DNA of 62,150 nt, the filler included, from Bacteriovoracaceae bacterium (GTDB lineage Bacteria; Bdellovibrionota; Bacteriovoracia; Bacteriovoracales; Bacteriovoracaceae), in NCBI GenBank assembly GCA_018649885.1. It is 3 parts of 3 records of this genome, joined end to end, with 100 filler letters (N's around TTAATTAATTAA, not from the genome) between each part and the next. Parts side by side here need not be neighbours in the genome. Positions count along the whole stretch, not along the records: positions 1 to 14,036 come from JABIHA010000131.1; 2 more parts are not named here. The stretch is one strand, 5' to 3'. The position numbers and the translations under genes were made by a program. The stretch's first letter is position 1, and every line of letters begins with the position of its first letter. Of the stretch, positions 1 through 8,277 are shown piece after piece. The notes beneath the pieces were generated by a model, which saw only the letters and a list, made by a program, of their open reading frames with translations, was not told the origin of the DNA and did no database searches.

Positions 1-1244
1 ACCGGTACGGAGGAACATGTGTAATTAGAGGTTGTGTGCCAAAGAAAATGATGGTCTACGCTTCTGAATATACCCATGAGATTGAAACCATGAGTAAATA
101 TGGGTGGGAGTCCAAAGACCCCAGTCTCAACTGGAATCTTTTCAAGGAAAATAGAGACAATGAAATTAGTAGACTCAGCGGAATATATCAAAAACTTTTA
201 GGTAATAATGGAGTCAATGTTCTTGAAGGTAGAGGACGAATTGTTTCTGCACACGAAGTTGAGGTAAATGGGAAGATTTACAGTGCAGAGAATATTCTAA
301 TCGCCGTAGGAGGCAAACCAAACCTTCCTCAAATTGAAGGAATTGATTTGGCCATAACCTCCAATGAGATATTCCACCTCGACAAGGTACCTGAAAAATT
401 ATTAATTGTAGGTGCCGGCTTTATTGCAGTGGAATTTGCATGTATTTTTAAAGGCCTTGGAAGTGATGTCAGCGTTGTTTTCAGAAGACCGAAGGTTCTC
501 AGAGGTTTTGATGAAGATTGTGCCAAATTTTTAATGGGAGAGCTTGAAAGAAAAGGGATAAACCTCATAAGAGAGGACGTTATCGAAAAGCTAGAAAAAA
601 GGGATGGCAATATTATTGCTCATTCAGCAGGTCTTGGTGAGATTTCAGCAGATTGTGTGCTTTATGCAACTGGTAGAATTCCCATGACCAATGATTTAGG
701 ATTAGAAAATGTTGATGTCAAAACACAAAAAAATGGGGCGATTGTTGTTGATGATAAAATGAAGACCTGTGTAGATTCTATTTACGCCGTCGGTGATGTA
801 ATCGATAAGGCCAACCTCACCCCTGTGGCGACTTGCCAGGGGACGCTTCTTGCCGAAAACCTTTTTAATGGTAAAGATCAATCAATGGATTATAGTGCTA
901 TCCCTTCTGCTATTTTCACATCCCCACCCTTTGCTACAGTTGGCTTAAATGAAGAAGAGGCCTCAGAGAAATTTAAAAATATCGATGTTTACACATCTGA
1001 ATTTCGGGCCTTAAAGTACACCCTTGATTCAAATGGGGAGCGCACCTTTTGCAAACTGATTGTAAATCCTGTAGATGATAGAGTTCTTGGAGTTCATATG
1101 GTGGGAAAAGATGCAGCTGAAATCATGCAAGGCATGGCCATTGCCATAAAGGCCGGTGCGACTAAAGCTGATTTTGATAAAACAATAGGTATCCACCCTA
1201 GCAGTGCTGAGGAGTTTGTCACACTTAGGTCTAAAAGAGATTGA
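1..1244 (+). CDS. gor: Glutathione-disulfide reductase, 5' end outside the window
   Basis: The frame is open upstream of the ORF-track start and reads RYGGTCVIRGCVPKK (redox-active CxxxxC). It also has the NADPH-type GAGFIAVE motif and C-terminal IHPSSAEE. Confidence 0.95.
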   Translation, partial: RYGGTCVIRGCVPKKMMVYASEYTHEIETMSKYGWESKDPSLNWNLFKENRDNEISRLSGIYQKLLGNNGVNVLEGRGRIVSAHEVEVNGKIYSAENILIAVGGKPNLPQIEGIDLAITSNEIFHLDKVPEKLLIVGAGFIAVEFACIFKGLGSDVSVVFRRPKVLRGFDEDCAKFLMGELERKGINLIREDVIEKLEKRDGNIIAHSAGLGEISADCVLYATGRIPMTNDLGLENVDVKTQKNGAIVVDDKMKTCVDSIYAVGDVIDKANLTPVATCQGTLLAENLFNGKDQSMDYSAIPSAIFTSPPFATVGLNEEEASEKFKNIDVYTSEFRALKYTLDSNGERTFCKLIVNPVDDRVLGVHMVGKDAAEIMQGMAIAIKAGATKADFDKTIGIHPSSAEEFVTLRSKRD

Positions 1245-1270
1245 GCTATTTTTTTGACAAGAAAGAACTT

Positions 1271-1555
1271 CTAACTGGCCTTTTTTGAATCTTCACGAAG
1301 CCTTTGATTTTCAACTTCAAGCTCTGCAACTTTTTGTTTGAGAGCATCTAACTGCTCATCCTCTCTGAGCTTTTGAAAAACTTGCTTTTCCATCTTCGCC
1401 TGGGCATCTTCTTTCTTTAAAATGCTCATAAGCTTAGAAAACTGCTTAGTAAAAGGATCGTCTTTTTGGAAGATAAAAATCAAGCTTACCCCCACAAAAA
1501 ATGCAAATAATGAACATCCTAAAACTAGTAAAATATGTGATGTGGACCCGAACAT
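1271..1555 (-). CDS. Small membrane protein (N-terminal TM helix plus coiled coil)
   Basis: 94 aa with a hydrophobic N-terminus and charged heptad-like C-terminus. GGGAGG RBS precedes the ATG. Confidence 0.7.
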   Translation of the reverse strand: MFGSTSHILLVLGCSLFAFFVGVSLIFIFQKDDPFTKQFSKLMSILKKEDAQAKMEKQVFQKLREDEQLDALKQKVAELEVENQRLREDSKKAS

Positions 1556-1663
1556 ACTTGCCTCCCAGACTCACCTATCGGTATTTTTTGGGGCAAGCCT
1601 TAGCACCTAACGGTAGAATAATCATCTTAACTACCTAAAATTATGGCAGTAAGGTTTTCCTTC

Positions 1664-1692
1664 TTGAAGCGTACGCATTTTGTACGTATAAA
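1664..1692 (+). promoter_or_regulatory. Sigma70-type promoter (TTGAAG-17-TATAAA) whose spacer is an inverted repeat CGTAC-N7-GTACG; candidate LexA/SOS operator
   Basis: -35 at 1664-1669, repeat at 1670-1686 and -10 at 1687-1692, just upstream of the GGAGG RBS (1711-1715) of imuB. Confidence 0.6.
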
Positions 1693-1720
1693 GAGATTAA
1701 CTGTCAAACAGGAGGTTATT

Positions 1721-2890
1721 TTGCGGCAGATCAGCTACCTGAGTATTGCAAACTTTGAAATAGAGTTGCACAGGATACTCAACCCCTCTCTTAAAAATCG
1801 GCCGGTGGTGATTGCTGTTGAAAAAAGTGACCGGGCAGGACTTCTCCACGTCAGTGATGAAGCGAGAAAAGAAGGACTTAAAAATGGTATCCCCGTCGCC
1901 GTTGCTAAAAGACTTTGCCGGGATATGGTGCTGATCTCTCCCAAACTCGATCTCTATAAAAGAGCGCAATTTAAACTCATCGATAAAATTGCACAAAAAA
2001 TACCTCTTTTTGAAATTGATAAATTTGGAAACTTTTTTTTAGATCTCTCAGGACTTAGAAAACTCTATGGCCCTTGCCAAGATCTTGCACAATGTATGCG
2101 AAAAGAAATCTCTTCTGACTTTAAGCTTCCCAGTACTTTTGGAATCTCTAAAAATAAACTGGTTTCTAAATTAGCAGTGGAAGACTTAACTAGCTCGGAG
2201 GAAATTAACCTGGTCCCCACGGGAACAGAGAAACCTTATATCTCTCCCCTTTCACTTGAGCTTCTTCCCATTTCACAGAAACTACTACAAAAAGTAAAAA
2301 AACCAACATCTAATATATTTAAAGATCTTAGGCTCGAAACCATTGGTGATATTTCAGCTCTTAGTCGCCTCCAACTTCTTGTGGCATTTGGAGCACATGC
2401 CGAGCTATTTTTTAGAAATTCACGTGGAATTGACAACTCTCCTGTCAGGGCACCTGTAAAAAAGCTCTCCATCCATGCTGAATACTACTTAAAAGAGCAA
2501 ACTAATCACACTGGCTTTCTTCTGGAAAAGATTAAATCCCTTTTTGAGATCGTATTTTTCAAACTTAGAAAAATGGGTAAACTCTCAGGAAGTTTTTTAA
2601 TTGGAATCCGCTATAGTGATCTCAAATTTGTAGAAAAAAGAAAACTCACAAAGATTTTATTTAGACATTATCATCAAATAGAAGCCGATGTTAAAGAGGT
2701 CTTTTACCATATTTTAAGTCGTAGAACTTCTGTTATTTACCTCTACGTTGAACTTGACCATCTAGCAAACCTTGAGGTTCAACTCTCACTTTTTGATGGT
2801 CAGAATGTAAATGAAAAACTTGAAAGTCAGCTGGATCAAATCAAGTTAAAATTTGGAGATCAAGCGATTTTTTCTGGGAGCTCTTTTTGA
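1721..2890 (+). CDS. imuB: ImuB-like Y-family (DinB/IMS) polymerase homologue, catalytic acids apparently lost
   Basis: IMS-like segments (PSLKNRPVVI, EARKEGLKNGIP..AKRLC, FGISKNKLVSKLA, QLSLF clamp motif). Expected catalytic D and DE positions read SIAN and GN. TTG start at 1721 follows GGAGG (ORF track starts at 1643). The stop overlaps the dnaE2 start. Confidence 0.85.
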   Translation: MRQISYLSIANFEIELHRILNPSLKNRPVVIAVEKSDRAGLLHVSDEARKEGLKNGIPVAVAKRLCRDMVLISPKLDLYKRAQFKLIDKIAQKIPLFEIDKFGNFFLDLSGLRKLYGPCQDLAQCMRKEISSDFKLPSTFGISKNKLVSKLAVEDLTSSEEINLVPTGTEKPYISPLSLELLPISQKLLQKVKKPTSNIFKDLRLETIGDISALSRLQLLVAFGAHAELFFRNSRGIDNSPVRAPVKKLSIHAEYYLKEQTNHTGFLLEKIKSLFEIVFFKLRKMGKLSGSFLIGIRYSDLKFVEKRKLTKILFRHYHQIEADVKEVFYHILSRRTSVIYLYVELDHLANLEVQLSLFDGQNVNEKLESQLDQIKLKFGDQAIFSGSSF

Positions 2891-5841
2891 TCCCTCTCCA
2901 CGTCCACTCGCACTTTTCTCCTCTTGGTGGACTTTGCTCTCCTGAGAAAATTTTAGAAAAGGCAGCTAGCTTTAATATACCCTCCCTGGCGATAACTGAT
3001 ACAAATGGTCTCTATGGAATGATGGATTTTCTAGACGCTGCCGCCGACTACAATATCAAACCCATTATAGGCTCTGAGGTAAAGGGATCTAACTTTCGTT
3101 TCGTCGCACTAGTTGTTAATCAAAATGGTTACAGAGCTCTTTGCAGGCTGCTTTCAGCACTTCATCAAAGTCATGTTCAAAAAAGAGATCTAAGGGACTA
3201 TCTCAGAGGTTTTGAAAATGATTTGATTCTATTTAGTGATGACAAAGAACTTTTAAGGGATACATTCTCCTCATTTTCCGAAACACATAAATACCTTGAA
3301 ATTAGCAAAGGGCTTTTTACCCATCGGGACGTACTTTGGGCAAAAGCTGAAGGAATAAAAACCTTAGCGACAACCCGCGCTCGCTATATCGATCCAGAAG
3401 ACCATTTTTATTACAAATTGATTAGAGCAATAGAAGGTAATACCACCCATGATCTCGTTGATATCGCTCATGAGCACAATGAATTTTGCTACTTATCGTC
3501 CCCTGAAGACGCGTCTTGTGCATTTTCACTATATCCTGAGGCAATTGAAAATACTTATAAGGTAGCAGAAATCTGCAGCAGTGATTGGTTTAGGAGAGAA
3601 ATTATTTTCCCTAAATTTAATCAACATAGTGGTTCAGAAAGTGAAAAAATTCTTTTAAAAAAATGTCATGAAGGAATTTCCTGGCGCTATGAAAACCCAT
3701 CTCAAGAATTAAAGGAAAAGATTTTAAAACGTCTTGATTTTGAACTCAATATTGTCATTTCTAAAGGATTTGCTGCCTACTTTTTAGTGGTAGAAGATAT
3801 TATCAAACAGTGTGACATTTATTGCGGGCGAGGATCTGCCGCCGCTAGCATCATTTCATATATCCTCGGCATCACCCATGTGGACCCCATCAAAGAAGGA
3901 CTTTTTTTTGAGCGCTTCTTAAATATGGAGCGAGTTGATCCTCCCGATATAGATATCGATTTTCCTTGGGACCAGCGCGATGATGTACTCAACTATGTTT
4001 TCAAGAAGTACGGCAGTCGCGCGGCCATGGTGGCCAATCACAACTATTTAAGGGGAAAGTCAGCCGCCAGAGAAGTTGCCAAAGTTTTTGGTATCAAAGA
4101 AGAGGAGATATCCTATGTTCTGGATCGAATGCCAAGAATTACACTTGATAAGAAATGGGAGATGATTATTCACCACGCCTCTAAGATTGAAGGAATTGTG
4201 AGGCACCTATCTGTTCACTGCGGAGGAGTAGTGATTACTCCCAGGCCCGTGTCTGATTATGTCCCGGTGGAGATAGCAAAGAAGGGAGTTCCCGTTATTC
4301 AATGGGAAAAGGAGCAAACAGAGGCAGCAGGTCTGGTCAAGATTGATCTTCTCGGCAATCGCTCACTGGCCGTCATTAGAGATACGCTCAAAAATGTCGA
4401 GACAAACTACGGGAAAAAAATCGACTATTCAAAATTTAATCCCATTCACGATCCTAAAACAAAAGAGCTCTTCACCACAGGTGATACCATGGGAGTTTTT
4501 TATGTCGAGTCTCCGGCGACTAGACTTTTTTTCAAAAAAATGAAAAGTGGGGAATTCTCTCACGTAGTCATTGCTGGATCAATTATAAGACCGGCGGCCA
4601 ATAAATATGCAAATGAATTTATCCGGCGTCTGTACGGAGGCCACTTTAATCACCTTCATCCTTTTCTAAAAGATATTTTGGATGAAACCTATGGAATTAT
4701 GATCTACCAAGAAGATGTCACACGGGTGGCGATGAAAATAGCAGGTTTTAGTGCCAGTGAAGGAAATAATTTAAGAAAAGTGTTGGGTAACAAGCATAAA
4801 GAAAAAAGACTGCGGCATTACAAATCTCTTTTTTTTACTGGAGGAAAAGAAAATGGAGTTAATACCTCTGTGCTCGATTCCCTTTGGCAAATGATTCTAA
4901 GTTTTGCTGGCTATTCTTTTTGTAAGCCCCACTCTGCCTCCTATGCTCTAGTCAGTTTTAAGGCCTGCTATCTTCGCGCCCACTACCCTGCTGAATTTAT
5001 GGCCGCAGTTATTTCTAATCGTGGAGGTTTTTACTCAACCGTGGCCTATCTTGATGAGTGCAGGCGAATGAATCTTAAAGTACTTCCCCCAGATGTTAAT
5101 TACAGTAAAAATGAGTTCACAGGTTTCCGGGACATGATCAGGACAGGCCTAATGCAAATCAAACATCTGCGCTCCAGTTGCACTCAAACTATTTGTAAGG
5201 CCCAAGCAGCTGGCCCTTTTAAGAATATTCACGATTTTTTAAACCGTATTAACCCTTCATTTGAAGATTCTAAAATCCTAGCAAAAACTAGATGCCTCCA
5301 CTCATTAAAAGGAAAAGATGGTACTAAACAAACCCATAGCTCACTGATGTGGGAGATTTACTATCATAAGGCAAAAAAAGAGGGGCTTATTCAAGACGGC
5401 CAACTCCCTACTAAAACGGCCGCGGTCAAAGAATACTCCTCCTCCCAATTAGTTGAGTGGGAAAATGATCTACTGGGAGGATGCGTGACATTTCCCAGCT
5501 GGATAATGTACCGAAAAATGCTAGATCACCCTATGATCACCAAAGGCTCAGACTTAGCTCATCACATCGGAAAAAAAGTGACTCTTTTTGGGAAAAAAGT
5601 AACCCAAAAAAGAGTTTCCACCAAGAATGGGGAGTCGATGTGTTTTGTTTCATTCTCTGATGATATCAGTATCTTTGAAACAGTCCTCTTTCCAGAGGCC
5701 TTTTCAAATTTTAGAGATCTTTTGATGTTGGGTGGAACTTTTATTTTGGAAGGAGAGGTTCAACAGGAATACGATGCCATTCAAGTTAATATTGGATACC
5801 TAAGACGATTAGACGCACAGGTTCTCAATAAGTATTTCTAG
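2887..5841 (+). CDS. dnaE2: Error-prone DNA polymerase III alpha subunit (DnaE2/ImuC)
   Basis: PHP domain (LHVHSHFS, ITDTNG), GRGSAA, FERFL, PDIDIDF, HLSVHCGG, KIDLLG, FAGYSFCKPHS and a C-terminal OB fold. Coupled to imuB. Confidence 0.9.
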   Translation: MIPLHVHSHFSPLGGLCSPEKILEKAASFNIPSLAITDTNGLYGMMDFLDAAADYNIKPIIGSEVKGSNFRFVALVVNQNGYRALCRLLSALHQSHVQKRDLRDYLRGFENDLILFSDDKELLRDTFSSFSETHKYLEISKGLFTHRDVLWAKAEGIKTLATTRARYIDPEDHFYYKLIRAIEGNTTHDLVDIAHEHNEFCYLSSPEDASCAFSLYPEAIENTYKVAEICSSDWFRREIIFPKFNQHSGSESEKILLKKCHEGISWRYENPSQELKEKILKRLDFELNIVISKGFAAYFLVVEDIIKQCDIYCGRGSAAASIISYILGITHVDPIKEGLFFERFLNMERVDPPDIDIDFPWDQRDDVLNYVFKKYGSRAAMVANHNYLRGKSAAREVAKVFGIKEEEISYVLDRMPRITLDKKWEMIIHHASKIEGIVRHLSVHCGGVVITPRPVSDYVPVEIAKKGVPVIQWEKEQTEAAGLVKIDLLGNRSLAVIRDTLKNVETNYGKKIDYSKFNPIHDPKTKELFTTGDTMGVFYVESPATRLFFKKMKSGEFSHVVIAGSIIRPAANKYANEFIRRLYGGHFNHLHPFLKDILDETYGIMIYQEDVTRVAMKIAGFSASEGNNLRKVLGNKHKEKRLRHYKSLFFTGGKENGVNTSVLDSLWQMILSFAGYSFCKPHSASYALVSFKACYLRAHYPAEFMAAVISNRGGFYSTVAYLDECRRMNLKVLPPDVNYSKNEFTGFRDMIRTGLMQIKHLRSSCTQTICKAQAAGPFKNIHDFLNRINPSFEDSKILAKTRCLHSLKGKDGTKQTHSSLMWEIYYHKAKKEGLIQDGQLPTKTAAVKEYSSSQLVEWENDLLGGCVTFPSWIMYRKMLDHPMITKGSDLAHHIGKKVTLFGKKVTQKRVSTKNGESMCFVSFSDDISIFETVLFPEAFSNFRDLLMLGGTFILEGEVQQEYDAIQVNIGYLRRLDAQVLNKYF

Positions 5842-5843
5842 AA

Positions 5844-6254
5844 TTATTTTAGCTGGAAAAAACCTTTGTAGCTGGCCTCACCATCTTTAGAAATAGGGTA
5901 ATCGCCAAAGAAAAGGAATTCGCCAGAAGTCCTTTCTGGGAGCTCTCTCGCGCAATATGCTGGATCTAGCTTGAGATTTCGCCCAAGATATTCTCCCGCC
6001 ATTCGCTCGTCCACTCTTAAGCGGATATATCCATTATAGACTAAGGTGCATTTAGATTTGTCTTTGAGATAACAATTATGGGCAGGGCTCCCTTTTCTCT
6101 CCATAGAAACGATAACCCCTTTAAAGGCCCACTTGGATTTTTTTATCCAGTCCTCTTTACTAAGATGAGTATTAGAGCCCCATGAATCCAGAGGACAAGG
6201 TTTAGTGGCGTGTAGAGGTAAAGAAAAAATCAGTAGAATCAAAATGAAAATCAC
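5844..6254 (-). CDS. Secreted Cys-containing hypothetical protein
   Basis: Signal-peptide-like N-terminus and 4 Cys. GTG start overlaps the sufE stop. Confidence 0.65.
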   Translation of the reverse strand: MIFILILLIFSLPLHATKPCPLDSWGSNTHLSKEDWIKKSKWAFKGVIVSMERKGSPAHNCYLKDKSKCTLVYNGYIRLRVDERMAGEYLGRNLKLDPAYCARELPERTSGEFLFFGDYPISKDGEASYKGFFQLK

Positions 6255-6673
6255 TATTCGTCCTCGTCTTTTCCGGCATAGCTAAAAATAAGCCTGCACA
6301 TATTGGCGATACCATTTCTCCTGCTCATAGAAAGATGGGTATCAATCCCAACACTTGATAAAAAGTCAGCTGGATGGGCCAAGATATCTTCTGCTTTTTG
6401 ACCAGAATACACATAGACTAAAAGCCCAATCATCCCTCGGGCCATGGCAGACTCAGAATCAGCGTAAAAAACTAACTTATCCCCAGCTTCTTCACTATAG
6501 AGCCAAACTTTACTGATGCAACCGGGAACTAAGTACTTATCAACTTTGTACTTTTCGTCCATGGGGGATAGTTTTTTTCCAAAATCGAGAAGAAGTTTAT
6601 ATCTTTCTTCCCACTGTTCAAAAGCACCAAATTTCTTTAATATTTCTTGTTTTTTTTCTTCAAGAGTTTTCAA
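6254..6673 (-). CDS. sufE: SufE/CsdE family sulfur acceptor protein
   Basis: WEERYKLLLDFGKKL, VPGCISKVWL and ADSESAMARG, SMSRRNG motifs. Probable TTG start at 6673 (ORF track 6733). Confidence 0.9.
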   Translation of the reverse strand: MKTLEEKKQEILKKFGAFEQWEERYKLLLDFGKKLSPMDEKYKVDKYLVPGCISKVWLYSEEAGDKLVFYADSESAMARGMIGLLVYVYSGQKAEDILAHPADFLSSVGIDTHLSMSRRNGIANMCRLIFSYAGKDEDE

Positions 6674-7334
6674 TATAGGCCTTCTTTCCAAAGCATTTGC
6701 CAAAATTATCTGAAATTTTATCGCACAATTCATTCAATTCCAAACTCAAAAGGCAGCTCGCTTTGGCGTACACCTCTTCGATCCTCCGCTCCTCACTATC
6801 ATCTGTTTCAAATAACAGCCGATCAATGGGAATTTCTTTAAATACTTTGAATCCCTTGGAATTGGGTTCAAAAAGCTTGCTGCCATAGCTAAAAAAACAA
6901 GGAAGCTTTAGAAGAGATTCCACAATTTCCCTATTGCCGTTGAAGTCGTGAAAAACCAAATTACCTGAATAATTAGTTTTCTTAATTAAACTAATTATTT
7001 CATTAAAAGATCTCACACAGTGAAGCACTACAGTTTCAATATTGGTCAAGCCAGCTACTCTGAGCTGGCCTTCAAACACCTCGAGTTGTTTATCAAAGTC
7101 TCCCCGAGATCTATCAAGCCCAACCTCTCCCAAGGCCATGCAATTAGGATGCGATAAGTACCCAGGCAAATGAGAATAAAAAGAAGCTAAATCGAGCTGA
7201 TCAATCCACCATGGATGAAGGCCAATAGAAAAAGGGGTATTCATCTCATCAAGGTCAATATTTCGTGGATCAATCGAAATAATAGTGAAATTTACAGAAG
7301 AAATAGAATGCGAATGAATGTCAATGAATCTCAT
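6660..7334 (-). CDS. tatD: TatD family deoxyribonuclease
   Basis: IDIHSH, GLHPW, ALGEVGLD, LHCVR and FETD motifs. ATG at 7334 overlaps the tcdA stop (ORF track 7415). Confidence 0.9.
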   Translation of the reverse strand: MRFIDIHSHSISSVNFTIISIDPRNIDLDEMNTPFSIGLHPWWIDQLDLASFYSHLPGYLSHPNCMALGEVGLDRSRGDFDKQLEVFEGQLRVAGLTNIETVVLHCVRSFNEIISLIKKTNYSGNLVFHDFNGNREIVESLLKLPCFFSYGSKLFEPNSKGFKVFKEIPIDRLLFETDDSEERRIEEVYAKASCLLSLELNELCDKISDNFGKCFGKKAYIENS

Positions 7335-8091
7335 TATCAAGAATTCTTTTAATAATTTGAGAAGCAGCAAAAAACCCAAAACTACCAGTAACAAAACTAG
7401 CTGATCCCAAACCACCGGCGCAGTCTAATTTTCCCCCTCCACCACTAGAGTGATCCTTCACTTCCACAGCGTGGTAAACAGCATCAACACCAAATTTTTT
7501 TCCACGACCCCTTCCATCTGCCACAGCACCTGGAAATCGATGCTTTGATCTAAGAAACTTTCTCATCTTTAAAAGAAGAGGATCATAGGTCGTGTATGCC
7601 AAATCACTTACTTTAATATTTTGTGGATCGTGAATTCCACCAGCTCCGCCAACACAAACGAGGGGAATATCAAGCTCCTTGCATCTAAGTACAAGAGCGC
7701 ACTTTACATCTAGTCCATCAATGCAGTCGACAACCCCACTAAGCTTAGAATGTATATAAGTATCAAGATTATCAGCTGACAAAAAATCGAGTACACAATT
7801 GACTCTACACTCAGGATTAATTTTTTTAATCCTCTCACTCATCACTTCAATTTTAGCTTTTCCAATCTCTCCATCAAGAGCATGAAGTTGTCGATTGACA
7901 TTACTAATACAAATTTCATCGAGATCGACTAGAGTTAGCTCCCCTACGCCAGATCTGGCGAGGGCCTCAGCAGTCCAAGACCCAACTCCGCCAATTCCAG
8001 CAATTAGAATGTGGGTATTTTTTAGGCAGCTCAATCCACTCTCTTGAAAGAGAGTGGAAACACCTGAAAACCTTAAGTCACTACTAGTCAT
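7321..8091 (-). CDS. tcdA: tRNA threonylcarbamoyladenosine dehydratase (TcdA/CsdL, ThiF family)
   Basis: GIGGVGSWTAEALARSGVG, VDLDEICISNVNRQLHA, DPLLLKMRK and FVTGSFG motifs. Confidence 0.92.
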   Translation of the reverse strand: MTSSDLRFSGVSTLFQESGLSCLKNTHILIAGIGGVGSWTAEALARSGVGELTLVDLDEICISNVNRQLHALDGEIGKAKIEVMSERIKKINPECRVNCVLDFLSADNLDTYIHSKLSGVVDCIDGLDVKCALVLRCKELDIPLVCVGGAGGIHDPQNIKVSDLAYTTYDPLLLKMRKFLRSKHRFPGAVADGRGRGKKFGVDAVYHAVEVKDHSSGGGGKLDCAGGLGSASFVTGSFGFFAASQIIKRILDNEIH

Positions 8092-8103
8092 GAATTAGGT
8101 TAT

Positions 8104-8270
8104 ATACTCGCGTGATCAAGGTTTTCAAGTAAAGATTTGGTTCAATTTGATGGTAGATTCGCATTCAAAACTCCTGAAGGCTTGCCTAAGGGCAAGTTGA
8201 AGGATTTTGAATGAGAAGATGCCATCAAATTGGATCAAAGATTACTTGAAAACCTTGATCATGTGAGTAT
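8104..8270 (+). repeat. 167-bp imperfect palindrome (long hairpin, MITE/REP-like)
   Basis: ATACTCGCGTGATCAAGGTTTTCAAGTAA... pairs with ...TTACTTGAAAACCTTGATCATGTGAGTAT. The apex is CTTGCC-TAAG-GGCAAG. Confidence 0.9.
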
Positions 8271-8277
8271 GAAGCTT

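Noticed and set aside
1643..1720. ORF-track N-terminal extension of imuB
   Set aside because: It overlaps the promoter and operator. RBS plus TTG at 1721 matches the expected family start.
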